Assembly: GCA_047601445.1 (NCBI GenBank) | Contig: JASGJH010000001.1 | Location: 6,688,001 to 6,752,000, forward strand | Direction: 5' to 3' | DNA: 64,000 nucleotides | Source of the DNA: Myxococcales bacterium | GTDB taxonomy: Bacteria; Myxococcota_A; Polyangia; Polyangiales; DASUME01 | Shown here: piece by piece, positions 1-8,926 of the stretch | How positions within the stretch are numbered: the first letter of the stretch is position 1 | Layout of the letters: each line of letters starts with the position of its first letter | Notes under the pieces: generated by a model | Seen by the model: only the letters and a program-made list of their open reading frames with translations | The model's database searches: none | Told to the model about the DNA's origin: nothing | Program-made: the position numbers and the translations under genes

Positions 1-451
1 ACTCGCGCCCGCTCGAGTTGCTCAGAAGTTGCTGTACGGTCACCGCCGCGCTCGCGCCGCCCTGCCACTCGCTGATGTACTTGGAAGCCGGGTCGTGGAT
101 GCTCAAGCGTCCCTGATCTTGCGCGATGCCCACGAGCGTACTGGTGAACGACTTGGTGGCGGAGAACACCACTTGCTCGCTCTCCGCCGTCCAGCCGTCC
201 CAGTACCACTCGGCCACGATGCGTCCCTTGCGCGTGACCACCAGGCAGTGCGAGTCGTTGCCGTCAGCGGTCTTGGCGAGCTCGTCGAGCGCTGCGGAGT
301 CGAAACCGAGTGCTGCGGGCTCCGCCGTGGCCCAATCCGGATTCGGGTAGATCACGCTGTGATCGTCCAGCAGGTTGCTCGATTCTTGGGAATCGGAGGC
401 GCAGGCGGGACCAAGCGCGACGGCGAGCAGGAGAGGGGCAAGCTGCTTCAT
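1..451 (-). CDS. Serine hydrolase, beta-lactamase/AmpC-like family, lipoprotein (partial; runs off the window start)
   Basis: Not in the ORF track. Manual translation from ATG 451: MKQLAPLLLAVALGPACASD...HCLVVTRKGRIVAEWYW...VFSATKSFTSTLVGIAQDQGRLSIHDPASKYI. Has the SxxK motif and a lipobox-like PAC. Confidence 0.85.
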   Translation of the reverse strand, partial: MKQLAPLLLAVALGPACASDSQESSNLLDDHSVIYPNPDWATAEPAALGFDSAALDELAKTADGNDSHCLVVTRKGRIVAEWYWDGWTAESEQVVFSATKSFTSTLVGIAQDQGRLSIHDPASKYISEWQGGASAAVTVQQLLSNSSGRE

Positions 452-519
452 GGGAACCCTGTGCGAAGGAAGAGGAAGAGGGGACAGGGCTCGCATAACA
501 CGGAGGGGTAGGCGCGGAA

Positions 520-690
520 TAGGGGAGAGACGGGGAGAGAGCGAGCGGGGAGAGCGAGCACGTGCACGTGCACGACGACGAGCAAGCGCACGACGACGAG
601 CAAGCGCACGACGACGAGCAGGCGCACGACGATCCTCGTCCCCGTCTCACGCCACGCTCACGTGCACCTTCGTGCTCGTGCTGGGCTGTT
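520..690. repeat. Intergenic tandem and inverted repeat element
   Basis: 18-mer GCACGACGACGAGCAAGC at 570, 588 and 606 (variant), partial at 624. GAGACGGGGA (526-535) is inverted at 639-648; GAGCACG (556-562) is inverted at 671-677. Confidence 0.8.
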
Positions 691-696
691 CCAGCC

Positions 697-1632
697 CTAC
701 CGCTTTCTCCACGGATAAAACGGTAAGCCCACTGCTCTCGCCTGTTTCATCTGCTCCGGCGAATCCAGCACGACGACCTCGAAGGGCCGCGCGAACTCTC
801 CGCCTACGTCCCAGATCTTCGCGCTGATCTCTGGCAAGTGCTTGCGGAAGGCGGGTTCGATGCGCAGGGCGACGCTCGGGTTGGGGCGTCCCTGGCCGCG
901 CTCGGCTTGCACCACGCAGGCCCACTCGACCTCGGGATACTCTCGCAGCACCGCCGTGAAGGCGTCGAACAGCTCCTCCGACGGCGTCTCCTCGAGTATT
1001 TCCATGGTGGCAGTGGGCGGCGCGCCGAAGGTCGCCGACACGCTCTGCAGGTCTGGATCCGGCGTGACCGACGACGGCTTGAGCGAGCTGCGCGGCGGCT
1101 CCACCGGCATCTCGTAGGTTTCGCGGCCACCGAGGCCGGGCGCTGGCGGCCGCACGCTGACGCGCTTCACGGAGAGTCCGTCGGGCGTGGGACGCGAGCG
1201 CGAGACCACCGAGAGTCCTTCGAAAGAAGGGGGACGTGTGCTGGGCAGCGTGGAGAGCAACTCCATCTCGCCCTGGTCGAGCTCGAGCACGTGATCGGCC
1301 GCGATGTCCACCACCAGCATGCTCGCGTGGGTGAACTTGGCGTAGCGCAGCGCATCAGGCAGCGACACCAGGCAACTCGGTACGCGCCCGTCGTGCTCAA
1401 TCCACGCGTAGCGCGCGGCGGCGTCCTCGAGCTGACGCTCGGAGCTGAACAGACACAGGGCGGTGATGCCCTGGGAGTTGGTGAGTGCGCGCAGGGAGGC
1501 CGGGTCCGTAGGCCAGGTGGCCGCCCAAAGCTCCGCCCCGCGCAGAGCCGTCAGCACCTTGGGGCGGTGCGAGGGGTCGCGCGCGGCCGCAACCAGCGCA
1601 TGAAGCAGCGCGAGGGACGCTTCGTGACTCAC
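697..1632 (-). CDS. SseB-family protein (SseB N-domain, Pro/Ser linker, SseB C-like domain)
   Basis: 311 aa. N-terminal LCLFSSERQL...LVVDIA pattern and C-terminal AVLREYPEVEWACVVQ resemble SseB domains. Confidence 0.6.
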   Translation of the reverse strand: MSHEASLALLHALVAAARDPSHRPKVLTALRGAELWAATWPTDPASLRALTNSQGITALCLFSSERQLEDAAARYAWIEHDGRVPSCLVSLPDALRYAKFTHASMLVVDIAADHVLELDQGEMELLSTLPSTRPPSFEGLSVVSRSRPTPDGLSVKRVSVRPPAPGLGGRETYEMPVEPPRSSLKPSSVTPDPDLQSVSATFGAPPTATMEILEETPSEELFDAFTAVLREYPEVEWACVVQAERGQGRPNPSVALRIEPAFRKHLPEISAKIWDVGGEFARPFEVVVLDSPEQMKQARAVGLPFYPWRKR

Positions 1633-1744
1633 GAGCGGATTGAATCACCGAGCCGACGCGAAATGCAAATTGCCGTTTTGAGTCAGGCACATAACGCATT
1701 TACGAAACATCGAAATGGGCCTTGTAAAGGTTCGCCTGACAACA

Positions 1745-1920
1745 CGGTTCAGGGGCCTGCCTTCGGTGCGGCGCCTCACGGGGCCGACCTGCTTCGGAGC
1801 GACAAGGGCGCCCCATGTCGTGCACAAATCATGACGCGAGGGGCTTCCAAGGGGGCCTGTCTCACCGAACATACGCGGCGTATCGATACTCCGGCGTCCT
1901 TTTACTGAGCCCCGTTTTTT
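1745..1920 (+). ncRNA. Candidate structured non-coding RNA, family unassigned
   Basis: Nested complementarity: 1746-1752 with 1905-1911, 1762-1768 with 1863-1869, plus inner GCCCC/GGGGC and GTCGTG/CATGAC stems. A T6 run follows at 1915-1920. Intergenic. Confidence 0.3.
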
Positions 1921-2104
1921 AGCTGCTGAATCACCTGGTCCTCGAATCCCTTGCCCTGCCGCATGGCCTCCGCGGGATCGCCGAAGCGCAGCAAACCCGC
2001 GCCACGCGCGCTCTGCAGCCCGAGCCCGCGCCCAACTTTTCTCTCATTCACCCCAGCGTCGTCCCTAACAAACTCCCGGGTGCCGTCTCTACCGCGCAAC
2101 CCCA

Positions 2105-3569
2105 ATGCGCCGCCTCGCTGTCTCGCTCCTCCTCCTCGCCGCCTGTGACTCCTCTTCTTCTGGCCCTGAACCGCCGCCGTTCGGCAGTCCGCAGTACGAC
2201 CGGGTGCGTGAGACCATCGAATCCGCCGCCCGACGTCTGCACCGATGTCGATGGGGACGGCCAGTACGCGAGCTGCCGGCTAACCACACCGCCCGTGGTG
2301 GACTGCGACGACATGGACGCCGAGCGCAAGGCTGGGCTCGTCGAAGTCTGCAATGGCATCGACGACGACTGCAACGGTGTGGTGGACGACGGCGCGGGCG
2401 CACCCGCCTGTGCTCTGAGCTGCGCCATGCCTGCCAGTGGTTGCGAGAGCCTCACCAAGCTTGTGGCCGGCGACAACCATGCCTGCGCGCTCACCGAACA
2501 AGGCCGAGTGGTGTGCTGGGGCAGCACCGGTGCGCTCGCCACGAGTCCGATGGCGGTGGACCGCACGTGGACGTACGTGCCCGGCATCGAGGGCGCCAAG
2601 GACATCGACGCCGAGGGCAGCCGCACCTGCGTGCGCAAGGGCACGCAGGCCATCTGCTGGGACGCCACCCTGCTCATCCCCACCGCGTTCGAGATCGGAG
2701 CGGAGTTGCCCATCGCCCTCACGCGCCAGGCCCTGTGCGTGCGCGAGCGAGGCACCGTTTGTTGGCGATTCGACGAGGGCCCCGCTGAGCCCAGCGCGGA
2801 CAGCGTAGCCACCAGCTACTTCGAAGTGCCCGATACCATCGCTGCCGGTGCATCCCTCGTCTGCGGCCTCAACACCACCAACGGCCTCGAATGCGTGGAC
2901 ACGTCCAAGGATCCGGCGGAGTGGCAGTCCACGCGGACTTCCACTGCCGACGTGATTTCGGTGGGCCAGCGCATCTGTGCGATCGAGAAGAACCCAGCTG
3001 GCGTGCGCTGCTGGGACGCCAACGGCGTGCCGACCATTCCCGGCACTGCGGACGTGGTGGAAATCGCCTCCGGTTCTGGCATCGAGTGCGGGCGCACCTC
3101 CGCCGGCAAGGCCTGGTGTTGGACGGGCCCCGATCCAGTCGAGACCACCATGTTCAAGCAGATCGCCACCGGTAAGGGCTTCGGTTGCGGCATCACCAGC
3201 GCGGGCGACGTGCAGTGCTGGGGCTCCTTGGCGGGCAATCCCGTGGCCCAGGCCGAGGTCTACCAGAAGGGCCCCGTGCTCCACGCGGGCGGTGCTCCGC
3301 TCGGCAAGTGCGACACCGCGGCCGACCTCAAGGTGCTGTGGACCAAGCCACTCACGGCCAACCTCGACACTTGCTCCGACCAGTGCGGCGGCTCCACCAG
3401 CGCCACCTGCGAGCAGCAGTGTCTGGTGCAAGCGCGCAGCCTCACCGCCGACTGCGCGGCTTGCTTCGCCACCTACGGCCGCTGCGAGGGCGATGAGGCC
3501 ACTTGCCAGGCCGCGCTCGAGGCCTGCGCGGGCTTCGACGCCAATCACTACACCTCGAGGACGATGTGA
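2105..3569 (+). CDS. Lipoprotein with a putative metal-binding motif (DCDD...EVCNGIDDDCNG) and RCC1-like repeats; +1 frameshift near 2170-2225
   Basis: The signal peptide MRRLAVSLLLLAAC is in the 2105 frame, while the body (HACALTEQGRVVCWGS, GFGCGITSAGDVQCWG) is in the 2145 frame. The total span is 3n+1. Confidence 0.75.
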
Positions 3570-4363
3570 TGAACAAGTTGGTCAAACTCTGGTTCTTGGC
3601 GGCCGCCTTGTGTGCGGCTTGCGGCGGCGACGAAGCGCCGAGCTGCTACGGGAACCCGGACCCCAGCTGCTACAGCGAAGGCATCATGTGCGAAGACGAC
3701 AGCCAGTGCCGCAGCGGCTACTGCGCGCTTCCGCACTTGCCCTACGAAGCGGACCAGGACGCCAAGCTGTGCCGGGAACGGCCCGCCTGTGAGCTCGACG
3801 GCTGCGAGAGGTGCGCGCTGCTCGGTGAGCTCGGGCGCACCGATGGCCCCATGGATCAACCCGTGTGCGTGGACGCGTGCTTCGGCGACCAGGTCTCTTG
3901 CAGCGTATGCGGCTGTCCTCAGCTCGCCATCTGCGATGCTGCCACCGACCGCTGCATGGCGCGCCCCGACTGGCTCGCTCAGGGCTCGGGTTGCACCAAG
4001 GACACCGACTGTGAGAGCGGCTACTGTCGCCCGAACAACGCACCCGACGCGCCCGCCCCGCGTGTGTGCGCGACCCCGAACGAGACCTCCTGCAACTGGA
4101 CCAACAGCCCCTGTTTCGGCGGGAGCTGCTGGGATTCGGTGGCCTATACGGGCCCGGTGTGCCGCGCGTCCTGCGAGAGCCAGGCCGACTGCACGAGCAG
4201 CACCGGAGCTTCCTTCGCCTGCGTGGCTACCGAGGACGGCAAGGGCTTCGAGTGTCGCCTGAGCTGCAGCTCCAATAACTGTGGAGGAATCACCGGGGGC
4301 CCCGGTCGCTGCGATACGGGCACGCTCAAAGAGGGCGGCTCCACCATGCTGTGTCCCTTCTGA
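3569..4363 (+). CDS. Cys-rich lipoprotein
   Basis: ATG overlaps the upstream stop (TGATG). Signal MNKLVKLWFLAAALCAAC; many CxxDxxCxSGxC motifs. Confidence 0.8.
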   Translation: MNKLVKLWFLAAALCAACGGDEAPSCYGNPDPSCYSEGIMCEDDSQCRSGYCALPHLPYEADQDAKLCRERPACELDGCERCALLGELGRTDGPMDQPVCVDACFGDQVSCSVCGCPQLAICDAATDRCMARPDWLAQGSGCTKDTDCESGYCRPNNAPDAPAPRVCATPNETSCNWTNSPCFGGSCWDSVAYTGPVCRASCESQADCTSSTGASFACVATEDGKGFECRLSCSSNNCGGITGGPGRCDTGTLKEGGSTMLCPF

Positions 4364-4428
4364 CTCACCCGAGTAGAGAGGCGCTGAACTGCTAGTATCG
4401 CGCCGCGCCTGCCGCCGGGGGACGAACC

Positions 4429-5109
4429 GTGAACCAAGCCACATACGCCTGCCTGTTGCTGGGGCTCTCGGCCTGCACGTTCAACCTCGATGTGAACACG
4501 GTGAACAATGGTCCGGTGCTGGGCGCGGGCGATGCCAAAGTCGATGCGGCTCCGGAGCATGAGCAAGACGCTTCGATGGTGCCGCTGCGGCACCCCGCCT
4601 GCCAAACAACCCTTCCCACGCCACTGCCCGCGCCGCCCGCCGTGCGTTCCGACGCCACCGGCCGCCCGGCCTTCGACCTGTGGCGCGCCCTCGACTGCCG
4701 CTCGCTCACGGATTATCCGCAATGTTCTCCCACCAACATGGTGGGTACGGCCAGCTGGCGCTGCGATGCCTGCCTGCTGGGCGACAGCGACGCCGGGGTC
4801 TGCTCGAGCGCCGATGGCGCCTGCGAGCTCCTCACCACGCGCGATGGCGAGTGCCAGGCCTGTGCGCCCGTGGCCGCCAAGCGGCGTGCCTGTTGTCTCG
4901 GCCTGCCCGGGTTCGACTGCCGCGAATGGCCATACGTCTCCGATAGCCAGCGCGGCGAAGCCTGCGCGCGCCACGAGGACTGCGAGCCAGGTCTGATGTG
5001 CAAGCAAGCCGAGGGCGAGCTTATCGCGCGCTGCGCGTGCCCCGAAGAGACGCTGTTCAAGCTCGAAGGGGCCGGCTGCAACCTGCCGCGTGGGAGTGAG
5101 GGAACATGA
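4429..5109 (+). CDS. Cys-rich lipoprotein, paralogous to a domain repeated in the next gene
   Basis: Lipobox LSAC; FDLWRALDC...ACCLGLPGFDCREWPY...CARHEDCEPGLMC. Confidence 0.8.
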   Translation: MNQATYACLLLGLSACTFNLDVNTVNNGPVLGAGDAKVDAAPEHEQDASMVPLRHPACQTTLPTPLPAPPAVRSDATGRPAFDLWRALDCRSLTDYPQCSPTNMVGTASWRCDACLLGDSDAGVCSSADGACELLTTRDGECQACAPVAAKRRACCLGLPGFDCREWPYVSDSQRGEACARHEDCEPGLMCKQAEGELIARCACPEETLFKLEGAGCNLPRGSEGT

Positions 5110-8100
5110 TGGGGCAGGGGCTTCGGCATGTTGCCTGCGTGATGGTGCTGCTCGCGGGCTGCTTTCGGGCCGAGAGTCCACCTCAAGACAACGCGATCGA
5201 CCATGATGACACCTCGCATCCGGATGGAGGCCACGAGCCGCCACCCGCTCCGCGCATTCACGCCTCGTGTCAGCAAGCACTGCCCCAGGAACTCCCGGAC
5301 GAGCCCGCGCAGACCCAGCCCGACGGCTGGAATCAGCTCCCTTGCGATCAAGCGCCCAAGCCCATCTCGTGTAGCGTGGATCGAGATCTGCCCCGGCGGC
5401 GGCACTTGTCTCTTGCTCAACGGCTATTCGGGCGTGTGCGCTCCCGACGCACCAGGCAGCGTGCCGTTCACCTATCGCGCCGGCGGTTGCCATCAGCCCG
5501 TGTCACCGGAATGGAAGAGTGCGGTGTGCTGCGCGGGGCTTGTCGGCGCGGACTGCACCAGCGCGCCCTATGACAAGCTGCGCAAGCCCGGCGAGACCTG
5601 CTCGCACCACGCGGACTGCGAGGGCGGACTCGTGTGCAAGCCCGATGCACTCGGCTTCGGCCTGTGCGTGTGCCCGCACGTGGAGCCCCAGCAGCTCAGC
5701 GAGCTTCCCGATTGTCGCCAGACCTGGTTCGGCGGTCAGGAGCCCACGCCTGCCATGGCGCCCGGCTCGTGCAAACCCGCTGGGGCGCCGGGTTGGTCCG
5801 TGGAGTCGCTGCCCGCGGGCATGGGCAATCAGCTGCTCGCGGCAGTCACCTACTCGGGCGACACCTGGCTCGTCACGCGGCGAGAGGAGAACCAGATCCG
5901 TGTCACGTACGGCCACGACCAGCAGTGGTACTCGCGTGATGTGGGCACCTACGACGTAAAAGCGCTCGACGCGGCCGTCATCGGTAACGGCTTGTACATC
6001 GCGTTGATCGCGGACGGGCAGCTCATTTACGTGGCGGCCACGGGCGTCGACAGCTGGAGTACCCGTGTGCTCTCGGAGCCCGAGCAGCAGCTCGCACCCA
6101 TGGTGAAGATCATCGCCGGCTCGGAGCAGCGTCCTGTGGTGCTCGCCGCGGAGCAGGATGCGGAAAGCGACTTCTCGAGCGTGTTCGCGCTGGTGCAGAA
6201 GGTGGGCGCGGGCGCCCCGACGTGGGACAAGATTCCCGAGATTGCCTCGGTGAAAGATCTGGTGTCCTTCGATGCCCGTGGTGGCGCGGCGCGCTTGCAC
6301 ACGTTGGTGGAGGCGAATCACGAGATCAAGCACCGACTCAGCGTGAACAGCGTCAGCATCGACGGCAGCGCCGGGGGCTCCACCTATGCGGGCTACGGGG
6401 CGGGCTTCATCAAGGAGTCGTGGGACACCCTGTATTGGCTTTCGGTGAGCCAGAGCCAGAATGGTAACGCACAGATCGTGCTCGATTTGTTGGAGGGCGG
6501 AGACTCGGTGCGCCGCCCGATTTACACCAATCCCACCAACTACCCGAACGCGCTCTCCACGCCGCATGGTGCCAGCACCACCGAAGGCAAGCTCTACACG
6601 GCGTTCCGCGGTCCCGTGGATCCCTTGCGTGCGGGCATCTTCTTGCTCGAGGGCAACACCGAGCAGGCCAGCGTGACGCGCCTGATCGACGAGCCCTTCG
6701 AGCCGCTCCTGGTGGTGAACAAGCCCTGGCAGGCAGAGGAAGAGCCCCACGTGTTCTACGAGGCGCGCCGATCGAGCACCGACGACCCGAGCGTGCTCGT
6801 CTCCGACATTCGCCACCTGTTCAAGGGCAGCTGCCGCTACGAACGCAATGGCCAGTGCGCTGCGGCCATCCAGGGCGACCTGCCACCCAATCCCACGCTC
6901 ACCATGATCCACGACCGCCCGCTGTTCGATCAGTGGCGCGATCTGGACTGCGGCAAGGTCGCGGACTACCCGCTGTGCGGGGTAGGGCACTTCGACGACT
7001 CCATCAGCTTCAACTGCGACGTGTGTCTGACCCCGGTGGACGCGACCGAAGGCGTGTGCACGCCCTTCTCGCACTTCTCCACCTGCCTGGACAGCGTGCT
7101 CTCCATGAGCGATGGCCTGTGCGGCGCTTGCGCCCCCTTCGAGGCCAAGGCGCGCGCTTGCTGTGCGGGGCTTGCAGGCTTCGATTGCAAGGCTTGGCCG
7201 TACCACCACGAAGCCAAGCGCGGGCAGGACTGCGCGACCCACGAGGACTGCGAGCCCGGGCTCATCTGCCGCACCGTGAGTCCTTTCCTGGCGCGCTGCA
7301 CGTGCCCCGAGGAAGACGGCAGCGGTTTCGGTTCGCCCTACTGCGCCGAGCTCGCCAAGGAGGATGGCAAGTGTCGACCTGCCAAGTTGGCGGGCTACGT
7401 ATACGAGGAGCTGCCCTCGCCGCCGGGGCAGTTCGTGGCGGGCTCGCCCGCCGCCAGCGTCGACAAGGTCTACGTGTACGTGGGACCGAGCGCCCAGCTC
7501 TTCACGCGTGAGAGCGGTGCCTGGACCGCGCGCGACATGCAGCACACCATCTCCGACGGAACCCTCGCGGTGGACTCCCAGGGCCGACTCCACATCGTGT
7601 CGACCAACGGCTACTGGGTAAGCTACGAGCGCCTCGACCCGGATGGCACGCTGCAAGCTCGCGCGTTGGTCAGCGTCGACCTCGACAACATCCCGGACAC
7701 GGACTGGCGTCACCCGGTGATCGCCCTGCGCGACGATGATACCCCCGTGGTGCTCATCAAGGACGACGTGACGAACAGCGTGCGCGTGCTGCTATCGGCG
7801 GGCGATCCCATTGGGGACGACTGGCTCACCGGTGAGCTCTTCGTGGCCGCGAAGTATGTGGAGAATCTGGCGGCTCACGTGGACGCTGAGGGCGACCTCT
7901 ACACTTTCGTGAGCGAGGTGCACGGCGAGACCACGCTGATCCGACTCAGCGGCGAGCAGCTCCAGACCGCCACCTTGGGTAGCGTCGACGTGGGCGCCGC
8001 GGTGAGTGATGAAGCCGGCATCGAGGAGTGGGTGAGCCTGAGCGTGCAGGATGATGCCGTGAGCCTGCACGAGATCTTCGAGAACGATGCCACGCGCCTC

Positions 8101-8397
8101 ATCGACATCCCAGCGAGCGACATGTGGACTCCGCCACGCGCACTGAGGCGCCCCAACGGCGACCTCGTACTCAGCTATCAGAGCATCATCGACGATGAGG
8201 GCATCATGCTCTACGAGGAGACCGCGAGCGGCAAGAAGAAGCGCGAGCTACTCGACCAATCCTTCCGCAACGCCATGCTCACGGACCCTGCGGGCAAGCT
8301 GCACTTCATCGTGGATATGGGCATGTTCCCGTCGAGTCAGTTGTTCGAGGATTTGGGGGTGAGGCACTATTACGAGGGGAGTTGTCCAGCGCCGTGA
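5106..8397 (+). CDS. Large lipoprotein with two units of Cys-rich module plus beta-propeller-like region; +1 frameshift at ~5381
   Basis: Signal MMGQGLRHVACVMVLLAGC starts at 5106 (ATGA overlap). The frame switches at GTG GAT C GAG ATC TGC into the 5203..8397 ORF. Confidence 0.75.
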
Positions 8398-8429
8398 GGG
8401 ATTGGATGGGTTCGTCGTGGCGGATGGTT

Positions 8430-8835
8430 GGAGAGGGATCGTCGCCGTCGCCGTCGCCGTCAACCGCTGGCGCTGTCAACCGCTGCGCTGTCAACCGCTG
8501 GCGCTGTCAGCATGCCCTCGCGGGATCGACGAAGCGAGGCGAACCGACCAAGCAACGAACGCGATGGAGCACTGATAGACGTCGAGCTTTTGGAAACTGA
8601 GCATTGCCTTCATATCGGCCGCGAGGTCTGGGAGTTGCTCCGCGACGCGTCATCAACTCCAGCTCCACCCCGGCACCAAGTACCCCAAGCCCCACCTCGC
8701 CGTTGACAGCGCAGCGGTTGACAGCGCAGCGGTTGACAGCGCAGCGGTTGACAGCGCAGCGGTTGACAGCGCAGCGGTTGACGTGGTCAGCGCAGGCGGT
8801 CGACGGCGACGGCGACGGCGACGATCCCCCTCTCC
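8430..8835. mobile_element. Palindromic MITE/REP-like element with inverted repeat arms
   Basis: GGGATCGTCGCCGTCGCCGTCGCCGTC (8435-8461) is perfectly inverted at 8802-8828. Inner arrays: about 3x GTCAACCGCTG(G)CGCT versus 5x GTTGACAGCGCAGCG (8702-8776). Mobility is inferred. Confidence 0.6.
8491..8604 (-). pseudogene. Truncated four-helix-bundle protein (23S rRNA IVP/Avd-like family)
   Basis: Manual translation MLSFQKLDVYQCSIAFVAWSVRLASSIPRGHADSASG*, with GAAGG just upstream. The F.KLDVY...PRG start is typical of this family; the reading frame runs into the repeat arm after GHAD. Confidence 0.75.
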
Positions 8836-8926
8836 CCCAACCCCCAACCGGGATCCCCACCCCTTCTTCCCACCACCCCCCCGACAATTCCTGCATCCTT
8901 CTCCTCTCTCACCCGTCTGGATCCCC

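Noticed and set aside
264..827. ORFs with CSSSCA or ARRRAS repeats
   Set aside because: Read-through of the 18-bp intergenic repeat; they overlap better-supported genes.
1745..1920. Assignment as 6S RNA, glycine, cobalamin or c-di-GMP riboswitch
   Set aside because: The diagnostic conserved motifs were not found; kept only as an unassigned candidate.
1902..2105. 67-aa minus-strand ORF
   Set aside because: No recognisable motif or clear start; cannot be supported.
5503..7713. Long antisense ORFs (also 10877-12637, 26144-28120, 45057-46445 and others)
   Set aside because: Shadow ORFs typical of high-GC DNA, lying opposite genes that have clear motifs.
8491..8604. Diversity-generating retroelement suggested by the Avd-like fragment
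   Set aside because: No reverse transcriptase and no TR/VR pair differing at adenines was seen in the window.
8702..8782. 15-bp repeat array as a CRISPR array
   Set aside because: The units are directly adjacent with no unique spacers, and no cas genes are present.
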